Shown here one piece after another: positions 1 through 9,292 of a stretch of DNA of 32,000 bases; the first letter of the stretch is position 1; each line of letters starts with the position of its first letter. Source of the stretch: Candidatus Harpocratesius repetitus (GTDB lineage: Archaea; Asgardarchaeota; Lokiarchaeia; Sigyniarchaeales; Promethearchaeaceae); assembly GCA_021498095.1 (NCBI GenBank), contig JAIZWK010000001.1:3060001-3092000 (forward strand), written 5' to 3'. The notes beneath the pieces were generated by a model. That model did not search any database. It was not told the DNA's origin and worked only from the letters and a program-made list of their open reading frames with translations. Made by a program: the position numbers and the translations under genes.

Positions 1-570
1 TTAATTTTTATTGGTGCTATTATTGCAATTCCTGGCACAATTGTCGCTTTAGTATTAGTTGAAATCATTTTTATTCCTTCACTGGTTTTGCTTGTAGCTG
101 CAGTTGGTTCTTTTTTTGTTGCTCTTGCATATTCTAAAAATACAGAAGTATCTTTTATTGTTCCTTATGAATGTTATCGATTAATAATACTGGATAAAAA
201 CGGTATTCCAGCATATTCTTACGACTTCATTGAAGGAACTGATCAACTTGAAGTTTTCATTAGTGGAGCTCTCTCAGCAATCAACACAGTAATGGAATCT
301 GCAGTTGGCTTTAAATCAAAAATAAAGACAATTTATTTGGAAAAAAGTGTTTTAATTATGGATTTGCAGGAACGTTTTGGAGCAGTGTTATTTGCTAATC
401 GTTCTTCTGTTCTTCTCCAAAACGCTTTGAAAACTTTCTTATCATTATTTTTAAAATATGTTGAAGAAAATGGTTTGATGACACAAAACGGAAAACAATT
501 GACAGAACAAATTAAAAAAGAGTTAGATTCATCCTTTCTTAAGCTTTTTAATTTTGTTTTAAAGAAATAG
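1..570 (+). CDS. 5'-truncated membrane protein with C-terminal longin/roadblock (profilin-fold)-like domain
   Basis: Frame is open from base 1 (LIFIGAIIAIPGTIVALVLVEIIFIPSLVLLVAAVGSFFVALAY, hydrophobic TM segments), so the TTG at 88 is not the true start. The soluble tail has RLIILDKNGIPAYSYDF and FISGALSAINTVME, a pattern typical of Asgard longin/roadblock-like domains. Confidence 0.6.
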   Translation, partial: LIFIGAIIAIPGTIVALVLVEIIFIPSLVLLVAAVGSFFVALAYSKNTEVSFIVPYECYRLIILDKNGIPAYSYDFIEGTDQLEVFISGALSAINTVMESAVGFKSKIKTIYLEKSVLIMDLQERFGAVLFANRSSVLLQNALKTFLSLFLKYVEENGLMTQNGKQLTEQIKKELDSSFLKLFNFVLKK

Positions 571-583
571 CGGGATATAGATA

Positions 584-1315
584 TTAATCACAATCGATAC
601 AAGCTTTTAAATTAGCACTTGGAAGAATAAAACTGACACTGTATATAACATTTCCAACAGCAATTAATCCGAAGAAAATTAAATCCAAAATTTGACCTGT
701 TGAAATATTAGATGCCATTTGTGATAGAACATTTACAAAAATTGCAATAAAATCTATAATTAACCCACTTTCAAATATTATTAATTTTTTCTTTGAATTC
801 CCGTGAGATTTTTTAATACCATGGACATAAGTTGTCCAAATAGATTGTGACAAATAATATAATAGAAGTATTACAACTATTGCTAAAACCCATAGATTAA
901 TTTGCGTATCAACATTTTCTGACTCTATAATTGTAATAAAATCAACCACATTGACCAATATTCCAAATATAACTAATATTATTATATGGATACCCCAATG
1001 CCACCAAACTGCCAACCAATGTGAACTATTTATGATTGTTTGCATTGTTAGGAATAAAAAGATGCTTGCACCCACAATGGCAATAATAGCTTGAGGATAA
1101 CTAAAATATATTATTTTAGGATTACCAGTTTGGAAAAAAGAAATATCATAAAGCATAATTAAAAATGCATAAAGTGCAATAAAGATCATAGAACTTGCCA
1201 TCAATTGGTTTGCGCGATATTTAGGATCACGATGTATTGCCGTAATTGCAGCTATTACACCACTGATTATCGCAACACTCTCAAAAATATACCCTAAAAT
1301 TTGAATCAATGCCAT
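584..1315 (-). CDS. Seven-transmembrane membrane protein with no soluble output domain, ending in CxxC (CIDCD)
   Basis: About seven hydrophobic 20-25 aa segments in 243 aa; short basic loops (HRDPKYRAN, KKSHGNSKKK). Confidence 0.7.
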   Translation of the reverse strand: MALIQILGYIFESVAIISGVIAAITAIHRDPKYRANQLMASSMIFIALYAFLIMLYDISFFQTGNPKIIYFSYPQAIIAIVGASIFLFLTMQTIINSSHWLAVWWHWGIHIIILVIFGILVNVVDFITIIESENVDTQINLWVLAIVVILLLYYLSQSIWTTYVHGIKKSHGNSKKKLIIFESGLIIDFIAIFVNVLSQMASNISTGQILDLIFFGLIAVGNVIYSVSFILPSANLKACIDCD

Positions 1316-1521
1316 ATATCTTATTAACTATTATACAAATTTCATATCTTTGATTATATCTTAATTTTAAAATAACATCAATGCTAATAATTCTAAATAA
1401 TTTATACTTTTTTATTTCTAAAAATCAATTTGGTTGCCAAAATTATATATTGCTATGATTAATTGAAAGTTACTTAAAAATTAGGTAGGATACGAAAGTA
1501 TGTACGAAAAAAAAATCAGCA

Positions 1522-1977
1522 TTAGTTTGGACTGATATTATCTAAATCTGACAAATCCAAACCTAAATCCATATCATCGGGCATCTCACTTAAAAATTCA
1601 TCTAAGATACTCCGTAATTCCTCGCCCGAACGTTTCAAAACCAAACGAATTAAGCCCAAATTCACATCTACATCAGAAATCAGACACAAAACACCTCTCA
1701 TTCCTGTTGCACAAGCAAATATTTTTCCTTGATCAAATTCACTTGTAACTATTTGGAGGGCACCAAGTTCTAAATTTCGCCCTTGTTCTTCAGATGCACA
1801 GAAAACGGCTGATGCAATGGCACCAATTCCATCTGCATCAACAGGTATGTAAGAAAATTTGGAAACATGTGCAATAGTTAAACCAGTTCGATCAACTAGG
1901 ATAACCTTTTTGATTCCAGATTCGGATTTGATAATTTTACTAAGGATATCATTAAATGATTTTGTGGATAATGACAT
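1522..1977 (-). CDS. Roadblock/LC7 (MglB/LAMTOR2-like) protein with acidic C-terminal tail
   Basis: VILVDRTGLTIA, GIGAIASAVFCASEEQGRNLELGALQIVTSEFDQGKIF and LGLIRLVLKR match the Roadblock fold pattern; tail EMPDDMDLGLDLSDLD. Confidence 0.85.
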   Translation of the reverse strand: MSLSTKSFNDILSKIIKSESGIKKVILVDRTGLTIAHVSKFSYIPVDADGIGAIASAVFCASEEQGRNLELGALQIVTSEFDQGKIFACATGMRGVLCLISDVDVNLGLIRLVLKRSGEELRSILDEFLSEMPDDMDLGLDLSDLDNISPN

Positions 1978-2004
1978 AAGAGTTTACCATCGATAATGTA
2001 TTCA

Positions 2005-2012
2005 TATATAAA
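2005..2012 (-). promoter_or_regulatory. Archaeal TATA box for the Roadblock gene
   Basis: TTTATATA on the minus strand, ending 28 nt before the ATG at 1977, consistent with a short-leader or leaderless transcript. Confidence 0.55.
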
Positions 2013-2226
2013 GGGTTGAATTTATTTCTTATTTATAACAATCTTGTTTATAGTATAAATAATTTTGGCTCATTAAGAAGAACCTATGAAAAGATAAGAA
2101 AGCATAACTTAAAAGCATTTAAATTGGAATTGTAGAATAATTTGCATTGCAAAATAAGAATATAAAGAATATAGTAAAAAGAATAGAAAAAGGTTGATTG
2201 ATTATTTATATTAAAAAAGTTCATAT

Positions 2227-4986
2227 ATGATCAAGCAAGCAAAAATTTTTGTAAACAGAAGTATATTTATATTTTTTTTGAGTATTTTGATATGGATGAT
2301 AATGAACAGAAAAAATCAGTTCATTCTGAGGCGTATTTTCTTGGGATTTTTTACTTTTTTAATTTTATATTCGAGTCTAGCATATATAAGTGAAAAAAGT
2401 GTTGTCTGCCCCTCAGATTACTCAAGAAATTCCTTAATAAAGAAAGAAATAGAATTTCCTTATCATTTACCACTAAAGATTTCAAATATAAGCCCTAATT
2501 TTATAGGTACATCCGTTTTTAATAGAAATAAAAAAGAATCAAGCGCATTTATGAATTTTGTAGAATCTAATACTAAAAATCAAAGTTTATCAATACGTGT
2601 AGGATATTATGAGAATTCTCCAAAAATTTATAAAGATAAAGAAAAAGGAATAACAGGCTTTTTCCCAGATTTATTAACATACATTGCATCACAAGAAAAT
2701 TGGAATATTATTTATGTAGAAGGATCTTGGAGTGAAGGTTTGGCTCGATTAAACTCAAGTGAGATCGACATTATGCCTGATGTAGGATATTCAGCAGAAC
2801 GAGACAAAATATATGATTTTAATAATATTTCTGCGATTACAAGCTGGGCTAGAATTTATACACTAGAAAAATCAGATATTGAGTCAATAATTGATTTAGA
2901 GCAAAAACGAATTGCCGTAATGCGTGATGATATTGATTATATAGGACCAATGGGCATCAAGCAGTTAACAAATGATTATTCGATTAATTGTACCTATATT
3001 GAGTTTTCTAATTATACTGAAGTATTTGAAGCCATTGAAAAAAAATCCGTAGATGCAGGGGTAATAAATGAACTATATGGAAACAGAAATGGTTATCGCT
3101 ATGCTGTGACAAAAACGCAAATTGTTTTTAGTCCTGTAAACTTTCATTTTGGATTTCCAAAAAATGCTACATTAAATCAAATTTTAATCAATAAAATCGA
3201 CTATTGGTTAAATAAATTGAAAAATGATCCACATTCATTTTATTATGAGAAATACCAAGAATATTTTGCCGAAATACCTCCAAAATCTGTGACGTTTCCG
3301 TATTGGATTCTTTATATTGCTTTAGGATTAAGTGGAGCGGTAATCTTTTTCGGGGGAACAACCATTTTTCTACGTTATCAAGTGTCTAAACGGACGAAAG
3401 AATTACATGAAAGTGAAACACGATTTCGATCTGTAATCGATTCGATGAAAGAATGGATTTGGGAAATTGACAAGAATGGAATATTTATATATGTCGGGCC
3501 ACAGATTTTCGATGTTTTAGGTTACCATCATGATGAAATTTTAGGAAAACCATTTTCATTTCTTCTTCCTAAAAAAATCAATAAAAATACAGAAGAAATA
3601 AATAATAATGATGAAGATGAGAGGTTATATTCATCAGATTCATTAATTGAAATGCTGTATGCTGGTTCTAAACCAAAATCAATTAATAATTTAGAGCATA
3701 TAAAAATCCATAAAAATGGTCAACGTCGAATTGTAGAATCAACAATTATCCCGTTATATGACAGACGTAAAAATTTCATAGGATTTCGTGGAATTGATCG
3801 CGATATCACAGAATTAAGAAAAACACAAGAATTTTTTCTTCAATCTCAAAAAATGAAAGCAATTGGACAATTAGCTGCAGGTATCGCTCATGAATTTAAC
3901 AATATCATGACAATAATTTTGGGTTTTACAAGCTTATTAAAAGATGATATTTCTAAGAAAACTCATGATGAATATATCCATGAAATATCTCTTGCTGGAA
4001 ACCAAGCAGCAGCATTAACAAAACAATTATTATCGTTTAGTAAAAAATATTCAAAATCAACAATCTCCATTGATATCAATGAAATCATCAAATCTATGGA
4101 GTTAATGATCAAAAAATTAGTTGGAGAAAAGATATTAATAATAATTAAATATCAGGAAAATATTTCTCAATTTTTAGGAGAAGTCCAAAAAATTCAACAA
4201 ATAATATTAAATCTGGTTATTAATGCCCGAGATGCAATGCCGAATGGAGGAATTTTATCCATTGAAAGTAGCGAAATTACTAAAAATAAAGAAAAAGTGG
4301 CATTAAATCCAAAATATGAGAAGTATATAAAAATTAATATTACAGATACAGGAAAAGGAATGTCGAAAGAGCAATTAACTCATATTTTTGAACCCTTCTA
4401 TACAACCAAGCCAAAAGGCAAAGGAACCGGCTTAGGAATGTATATTGTGTATGGTATTGTCCAACAATTTAATGGAACAATAGATATTTGTTCTAAAATT
4501 GGTAAAGGGACTAGGATTTCTTTATATTTTCCTTCCATCAATCAGAAAACAAACAAAATCATTACTACTCATCAAGAACTAAAAGATATTTCTGGAAAAG
4601 AGAGAATTCTATTAGTTGAAGATGATCCAAAATTATGTTCTTTAATTGAGAAAATTCTATTAGATTTTGGATATCAAGTAAGGAGCTTCATTCGTCCTCG
4701 AGATGCACTACAAGTATTTGAGTCATATCAAGAGAATTCAACAAATCATGAGGTTCAATTTGATCTAATTATTACAGATATTGTTATGCCTGAATTAAGT
4801 GGAAATGAAATGATCGACTTAATTTATAAAAAGTTTACTTATATCCCAGTAATTTATATCTCCGGATATTCAAAACACTCAAAATTTATTCAATCTATAT
4901 TAAATGATGGAACACATTTTCTCAAGAAGCCATTTACTCCTTATGAAATTGGTGCGAAAATTCGACAAGTCTTAGATAATAATTGA
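2227..4986 (+). CDS. Membrane hybrid sensor histidine kinase: TM, extracellular solute-binding (family 3-like) domain, TM, PAS/PAC, HisKA, HATPase_c, receiver
   Basis: SBP-like IRVGYYENSP...GFFPDLL...SWSEGLARL; TM YWILYIALGLSGAVIFFGG; PAS IWEIDKNG...LGYHHDEILGK; H-box AGIAHEFNN; N-box NLVINARDAM; G1 DTGKGM; F FEPFYTTK; G2 GTGLGM; receiver LLVEDD, TDIVMP, KKPF. The true start may be a later Met (MNRKNQF). Confidence 0.93.
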   Translation: MIKQAKIFVNRSIFIFFLSILIWMIMNRKNQFILRRIFLGFFTFLILYSSLAYISEKSVVCPSDYSRNSLIKKEIEFPYHLPLKISNISPNFIGTSVFNRNKKESSAFMNFVESNTKNQSLSIRVGYYENSPKIYKDKEKGITGFFPDLLTYIASQENWNIIYVEGSWSEGLARLNSSEIDIMPDVGYSAERDKIYDFNNISAITSWARIYTLEKSDIESIIDLEQKRIAVMRDDIDYIGPMGIKQLTNDYSINCTYIEFSNYTEVFEAIEKKSVDAGVINELYGNRNGYRYAVTKTQIVFSPVNFHFGFPKNATLNQILINKIDYWLNKLKNDPHSFYYEKYQEYFAEIPPKSVTFPYWILYIALGLSGAVIFFGGTTIFLRYQVSKRTKELHESETRFRSVIDSMKEWIWEIDKNGIFIYVGPQIFDVLGYHHDEILGKPFSFLLPKKINKNTEEINNNDEDERLYSSDSLIEMLYAGSKPKSINNLEHIKIHKNGQRRIVESTIIPLYDRRKNFIGFRGIDRDITELRKTQEFFLQSQKMKAIGQLAAGIAHEFNNIMTIILGFTSLLKDDISKKTHDEYIHEISLAGNQAAALTKQLLSFSKKYSKSTISIDINEIIKSMELMIKKLVGEKILIIIKYQENISQFLGEVQKIQQIILNLVINARDAMPNGGILSIESSEITKNKEKVALNPKYEKYIKINITDTGKGMSKEQLTHIFEPFYTTKPKGKGTGLGMYIVYGIVQQFNGTIDICSKIGKGTRISLYFPSINQKTNKIITTHQELKDISGKERILLVEDDPKLCSLIEKILLDFGYQVRSFIRPRDALQVFESYQENSTNHEVQFDLIITDIVMPELSGNEMIDLIYKKFTYIPVIYISGYSKHSKFIQSILNDGTHFLKKPFTPYEIGAKIRQVLDNN

Positions 4987-5033
4987 TTGATAATTTTTAA
5001 AAATTTAAAAAATATGGAGGGAATAAAAAAAAG

Positions 5034-5573
5034 TTAGTTAGTTTTGAAATAATTATGGAATCGAATGAATACAACAACAGGAAGTAATAATTGAAAGATT
5101 CCTTTCCCATATTGGGTAATTGAATAAGAAACTCGAATTGGTGAACCTTCATGGACCATTCTTTGAATAATTTTGTGCTTTTCGAGTTCTTTTAACCTCT
5201 TTGATAAAGTACCAGGGTTAATATAAGGAAGATTTTCCTTAATTTGATTAAAATATTGAAAAGACATTCCATTTAAGAGAAAAATTATATCTAGTGTATA
5301 TTTTCCTTGAAGAATTTCTAATCCAGGCCGTAATTCTTTGAGTTCATCTTGTAAATGAGTATTTTCATGATCATGATTATCAGATATATGCAATTGCATG
5401 CATGAATTGACCGCTTTTTGCATTTCAAGCATTTTTACGATCATTGGACGCCATGTTGCAAACTTTGGAGGAATTTTTTCTAAGATTTGATGGAATTCTT
5501 CAATCGTACTTTTCTCATCTTGATTTTGAGGTGATTTTTGTTTGCTCTCTTTTTTAGACATTTTGCTTACCAT
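5034..5573 (-). CDS. HxlR-family winged-helix transcriptional regulator with long N-terminal extension
   Basis: ILQGKYTLDIIFLL...FNQIKENLPYINPGTLSKRLKELEKHKIIQR...PIRVSYSITQYGK is the HxlR pattern. Confidence 0.88.
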   Translation of the reverse strand: MVSKMSKKESKQKSPQNQDEKSTIEEFHQILEKIPPKFATWRPMIVKMLEMQKAVNSCMQLHISDNHDHENTHLQDELKELRPGLEILQGKYTLDIIFLLNGMSFQYFNQIKENLPYINPGTLSKRLKELEKHKIIQRMVHEGSPIRVSYSITQYGKGIFQLLLPVVVFIRFHNYFKTN

Positions 5574-5630
5574 TTGACTTTATTTTTTTTTTTGGTATAG
5601 TTAGATATTATTATTTTTTAATAGTTTTTT

Positions 5631-5697
5631 TAATTTGTAGTAATTAGTTGTAATTTGTAGTAGTTTGTAGTAATTTTGGCATAATTTGTATTTGTAG
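5631..5697. repeat. Imperfect 10-bp tandem repeat (consensus TAATTTGTAG), about 6 units, upstream of the HxlR gene
   Basis: taatttgtag / taattagttg / taatttgtag / tagtttgtag / taattttggc / ataatttgta / tttgtag, read directly. Confidence 0.75.
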
Positions 5698-6015
5698 AAT
5701 CTTTTTTTTCAGAAATTTTACTATCAGTTAATAATTTTTAAGTGTTCTTTATAGTATCTTAAAATTTTTCTTAGTTCATGAAAGTTAACCATAGAAATAG
5801 ACAAAGTTCATCCAAATAGACTTAGATTACTTAGGTATCCTTATTTATTTATAAGGAAATAAACAATCTATTTCTTGTATTAAGTATTTTTTTTAGATTA
5901 ATAAATCTAATTAAATCCTTTAAATGGCTCCTTAATAATTAAAAATCAATCTTTACTATAATACTGAGTTAAAAAATTAGGAATAGAAAAGAAAAAAAAG
6001 AATGGGTGCAAAATA

Positions 6016-6609
6016 TTGAAACAGAACATAATTAATACCATAGATTTTAGATTAATGGCGTTTTTTTTAGAAAAAATGAAAAAACCTCAAAATGTAAAAA
6101 AATTACTAGAGAATTTAAAAATCCAACCAAATATGAAAATTTTGGACTATGCTTGCGGTCCTGGAATCTATACTATTCCTGCAGCAAAGATGGTGGGATC
6201 AGATGGATTTGTTTATTGTGCAGACATTAATCCAGAAGCTGAAAAATACATTAAGAATAAAATTCAAAAAAACGGACTTTTGAATGTTAAAATTCAAATA
6301 ACAGATTGGAAATTAAGCATTTTAGATGAAGAAATAGATATAGTATTATTATTTGATGCCATTCATGTTTTGAAAAATCGTGAAAAAGTATTAAGAGAGA
6401 TTCATCGAGTACTAAAACCGCGAGGTATTCTTGCAGTAGAAATACATCATATCTCTTTAGATGAAGGTATAATTAAGGTAAAAAGTGTAAAAGATAATGA
6501 AAAAAATAAGAATTTGTTTAAAGTTCATAAATGTAATTTATCAAATGATCCCGCATTACCGCGATTAGTGTTATTCAGTAAAGAACTTACAAAATTATCT
6601 CAAAATTGA
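6016..6609 (+). CDS. Class I SAM-dependent methyltransferase (UbiE-like), TTG start
   Basis: Motif I ILDYACGPGIYT, then VYCADIN, IDIVLLFDAIH and EIHRVLKPRGILAV. Confidence 0.85.
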   Translation: MKQNIINTIDFRLMAFFLEKMKKPQNVKKLLENLKIQPNMKILDYACGPGIYTIPAAKMVGSDGFVYCADINPEAEKYIKNKIQKNGLLNVKIQITDWKLSILDEEIDIVLLFDAIHVLKNREKVLREIHRVLKPRGILAVEIHHISLDEGIIKVKSVKDNEKNKNLFKVHKCNLSNDPALPRLVLFSKELTKLSQN

Positions 6610-6956
6610 TGAAGAATACTCAAATAAAACTCTAAAAAAGGTATTTGTTAATTTAGTAAAAAAGATATTCGAAAATAATATTGAATATTCTCCATTCAGC
6701 TTTTACTTTTAAGCTTTTTTCAATTTTTATAATCTAGAGAATAATAGTTATTGTTTTTTGATGTGCTATCAATTCTTTGGGATTTATTCGATGAATTATA
6801 CACATAAAATAACATTTCATCATATAAGTCAGAATCAAATATTAATGGATATCCGCTCATGTTGCTTAAGATCTTTACTCGAATACTCCTATTTAAAATT
6901 CTTTCATGGTCTTTTTTGTAAAAAAGTGGAAAATCGTCTTATATAGTTAAGTAATT

Positions 6957-7625
6957 TTACTCGTCAGTAATAATATGGATCCCTTTTCCTTTCATACTCA
7001 ATAAAGCACGTTCTATATTATTTTCAGGTTGATCAATTCCACGTGAAAGAAAACTCAGAAAATACACATCAAAACCTTCATCTCGTGCATCAACCGCACT
7101 ATAATAACAACAATAATCTAATGCTAAACCACAAATAAAAACTTTCGAAATATTGAGATTTTGTAATAAGCCTGTCAAGCCAGTAGGTGTTTTATGATCA
7201 TTCTCCAAAAAAGCAGAGTATGAGTCAATAGTTGGGCGATAGCCCTTTCTCAATATAGCAACAGCCAATCGAAGTGGAAGTTTATCATGAATTTGAGCTC
7301 CATGACTATCTTGTATGCAGTGGTCGGGCCATAAAACAGGCCCTAAACCTGGAGCTTCAATTGGATCTCCAGGAGATGAATTTGGATGTGCACTAGCAAA
7401 AGAAAGATGACCTTCAGGATGCCAATCTTGAGTAAAGATAATTTTTCCGTCTTGAGCAGCAAAATATTCTGCAAAATTGGCGATTGGAACAATTATTTCA
7501 TCTCCACTAGGAACAGGAAGTGCTCCTTTAGGGAGAAAATCATATTGCATATCAACAATTAGCAATACAGAATGATTATCAATAGGGAGTGAATCAAATT
7601 TCATTTGAATAAGAATTACATGCAC
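6957..7625 (-). CDS. pncA: Nicotinamidase (isochorismatase family)
   Basis: LLIVDMQYDFLPKGAL, TQDWHPEGHLSFAS, LWPDHCIQ, KG...DSYSAF, GLALDYCC: catalytic Asp/Lys/Cys and metal ligands are present. Confidence 0.93.
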   Translation of the reverse strand: MHVILIQMKFDSLPIDNHSVLLIVDMQYDFLPKGALPVPSGDEIIVPIANFAEYFAAQDGKIIFTQDWHPEGHLSFASAHPNSSPGDPIEAPGLGPVLWPDHCIQDSHGAQIHDKLPLRLAVAILRKGYRPTIDSYSAFLENDHKTPTGLTGLLQNLNISKVFICGLALDYCCYYSAVDARDEGFDVYFLSFLSRGIDQPENNIERALLSMKGKGIHIITDE

Positions 7626-8116
7626 GAATATAAAAAACCATCCTTTATTTTAGAACAAGAAATTTATGATTTTTAATTGAGGATATTTTATCTTTTTTAA
7701 TTTAAACGCTTTTTTGAATATCATTCATATATTTCCGACTTATATCTGAAATATCGCAATCTTCTTTTGTCGAACTCGTTTTTTTCAAAGAATTTGTTAA
7801 AAATATACCGTCTTGTTTATAAATTCTTCAATATGAAGTCGATTTTATTATAATTTTTGATTTACATATCTTGAATTTGGCACCTTGGTAAAATCGACAA
7901 AAAATAAAGAAGGCTATTTTGGATTTGAGTCTGAAGAATTAAGATGATGAAATGAAAAACTTCGAATTTTTGAAATTTAAAATACCCTCAATTATTTTTA
8001 ATTACACTACAAATCCTATTTCATAATCAAAATGCATAAAGAAGGAACTAAAAATTATTGTTTGTAAAAAAGTATGAATTCTAAAAAAGATCAAATCATT
8101 TATTTTCAGCTCGATA

Positions 8117-8506
8117 TTAAAACATCAATTGAATATCTGAATTTGTCGCAATCTCAACTAAATCTCCCATAGAACCGATTGTTACAAAATCTAAAAGGAT
8201 ATCTGTCGTAATTCCCCGCTTTTCACAACAAATTCCACAAGCAATAATTTTACCGCCTTCTTCATTGATATTTTTAAGCCATGTTTGCATATTTGGCCCT
8301 TCTTTTGGATCTTGACCTTTAATTGCTAAGGTTACTGCTGCACCTAAAAGAAAAACATTTACAATATGTTCTTGAACAAGGGCAGTTAAAGCAAAACGCA
8401 AACCAGAAAAACTTTTTTCGCTAGTATAAGCATCTTCAGTTATTATTATATAAAACCTCTTTTGTTTATTTTCACTCAATTTTTTTTCAACCCTTTCTTT
8501 TCTCAT
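8117..8506 (-). CDS. DsrE-family sulfur-relay protein, YchN-like, with CxxCC
   Basis: EDAYTSEKSFSGLRFA, VFLLGAAV, GQDPKEGPNMQTWL and ACGICCEKRGI follow the YchN/DsrE pattern. Confidence 0.85.
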   Translation of the reverse strand: MRKERVEKKLSENKQKRFYIIITEDAYTSEKSFSGLRFALTALVQEHIVNVFLLGAAVTLAIKGQDPKEGPNMQTWLKNINEEGGKIIACGICCEKRGITTDILLDFVTIGSMGDLVEIATNSDIQLMF

Positions 8507-8582
8507 AAAAAAAAAAATTTGTTATTTCAAAAAACAAAATTTTGATTATTCAATGGTGATGAATGTCTTTTTTTCAAAGGTC

Positions 8583-8819
8583 TTATTTTACACATTCAAA
8601 ATAGAGAAACCATCCTTCATCTTCATCATTTTCTTCTTTTCCTAAGAATTTATGCTTTGTTTTGGCTAAATCTCTTGGAACACTTTCTACTGCGGGTTCA
8701 TAGTCAAGAATTACTTTTAATACTTGCCCAGGACTCATTTTAAGCAGTTTTTTCTTCGTTTTCAAAGCAGGCATGGGACAAACCAAGCCACATACATCCA
8801 GTTCTTCATCATAATCCAT
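8583..8819 (-). CDS. tusA: TusA-family sulfur carrier (copy 1, in the hdr operon)
   Basis: LDVCGLVCPMP (CPxP motif), PGQVLKVILDYEPAVESVP; Shine-Dalgarno-like GAGGT upstream. Confidence 0.9.
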   Translation of the reverse strand: MDYDEELDVCGLVCPMPALKTKKKLLKMSPGQVLKVILDYEPAVESVPRDLAKTKHKFLGKEENDEDEGWFLYFECVK

Positions 8820-8863
8820 TTTACGTTTACCTCATATTCGATTAAAATATTTTATTTATGTAT

Positions 8864-9292
8864 TTATGTTGTTTTTAAAAAAATAGGATCTCTTTGGTTT
8901 GGAAGAATTTGAAATTCAACTTGATTTAATTCAACTAACCGCAGAGCTTCAAATCTCACTTTTATTGTGGATAAACCTAATAGGTCTGCTATTTTTGGAA
9001 TGGTGCTCTTAGGGTGTTCTTCAATAACTTTTAACACTTTTTCACGTGTGTTTAAAAAGTTTTCAGGATCTTTCTTTTTCCCTCGACGCACCATAGGACA
9101 GCTATTATAACAATTTCCACAAGCTAGACCAATTGTAGTCATAATACATTTCCCTTTTAGAAGTGGGGTTTTTTTTTTCTTCTCATTGACTGTTTCACTC
9201 ATTTCAATGTGTTTACATGATTTTGCACAAATCCCACAACCAATGCATTGATTTGTATCAATAATTTTAGTTTTTAAAAGTTCAAAGCTCAT
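8864..9292 (-). CDS. 2x[4Fe-4S] ferredoxin-like domain fused to a C-terminal winged-helix (HTH) domain
   Basis: CIGCGICAKSC and C...CGNCYNSCP; the N-terminus resembles the ferredoxin module of FrhB/FpoF-like proteins. C-terminal REKVLKVIEEHPKSTIPKIADLLGLSTIKVRFEALRLVELNQV is wHTH-like. Start overlaps the preceding gene by 11 nt. Confidence 0.7.
   Translation of the reverse strand: MSFELLKTKIIDTNQCIGCGICAKSCKHIEMSETVNEKKKKTPLLKGKCIMTTIGLACGNCYNSCPMVRRGKKKDPENFLNTREKVLKVIEEHPKSTIPKIADLLGLSTIKVRFEALRLVELNQVEFQILPNQRDPIFLKTT

Noticed and set aside
6002-6019. Upstream ATG (6002) out of frame with the methyltransferase, suggesting a frameshift
   Set aside because: The TTG-started ORF already has a plausible N-terminus (DFRLMAFFL) and all motifs, so no frameshift is needed.
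7838-7898. 10-bp inverted repeat GTCGATTTTA...TAAAATCGAC with a 41-nt spacer between dsrE and pncA
   Set aside because: Single occurrence, weak internal pairing, no SECIS core, and too short and unflanked to call a MITE; function unsupported.
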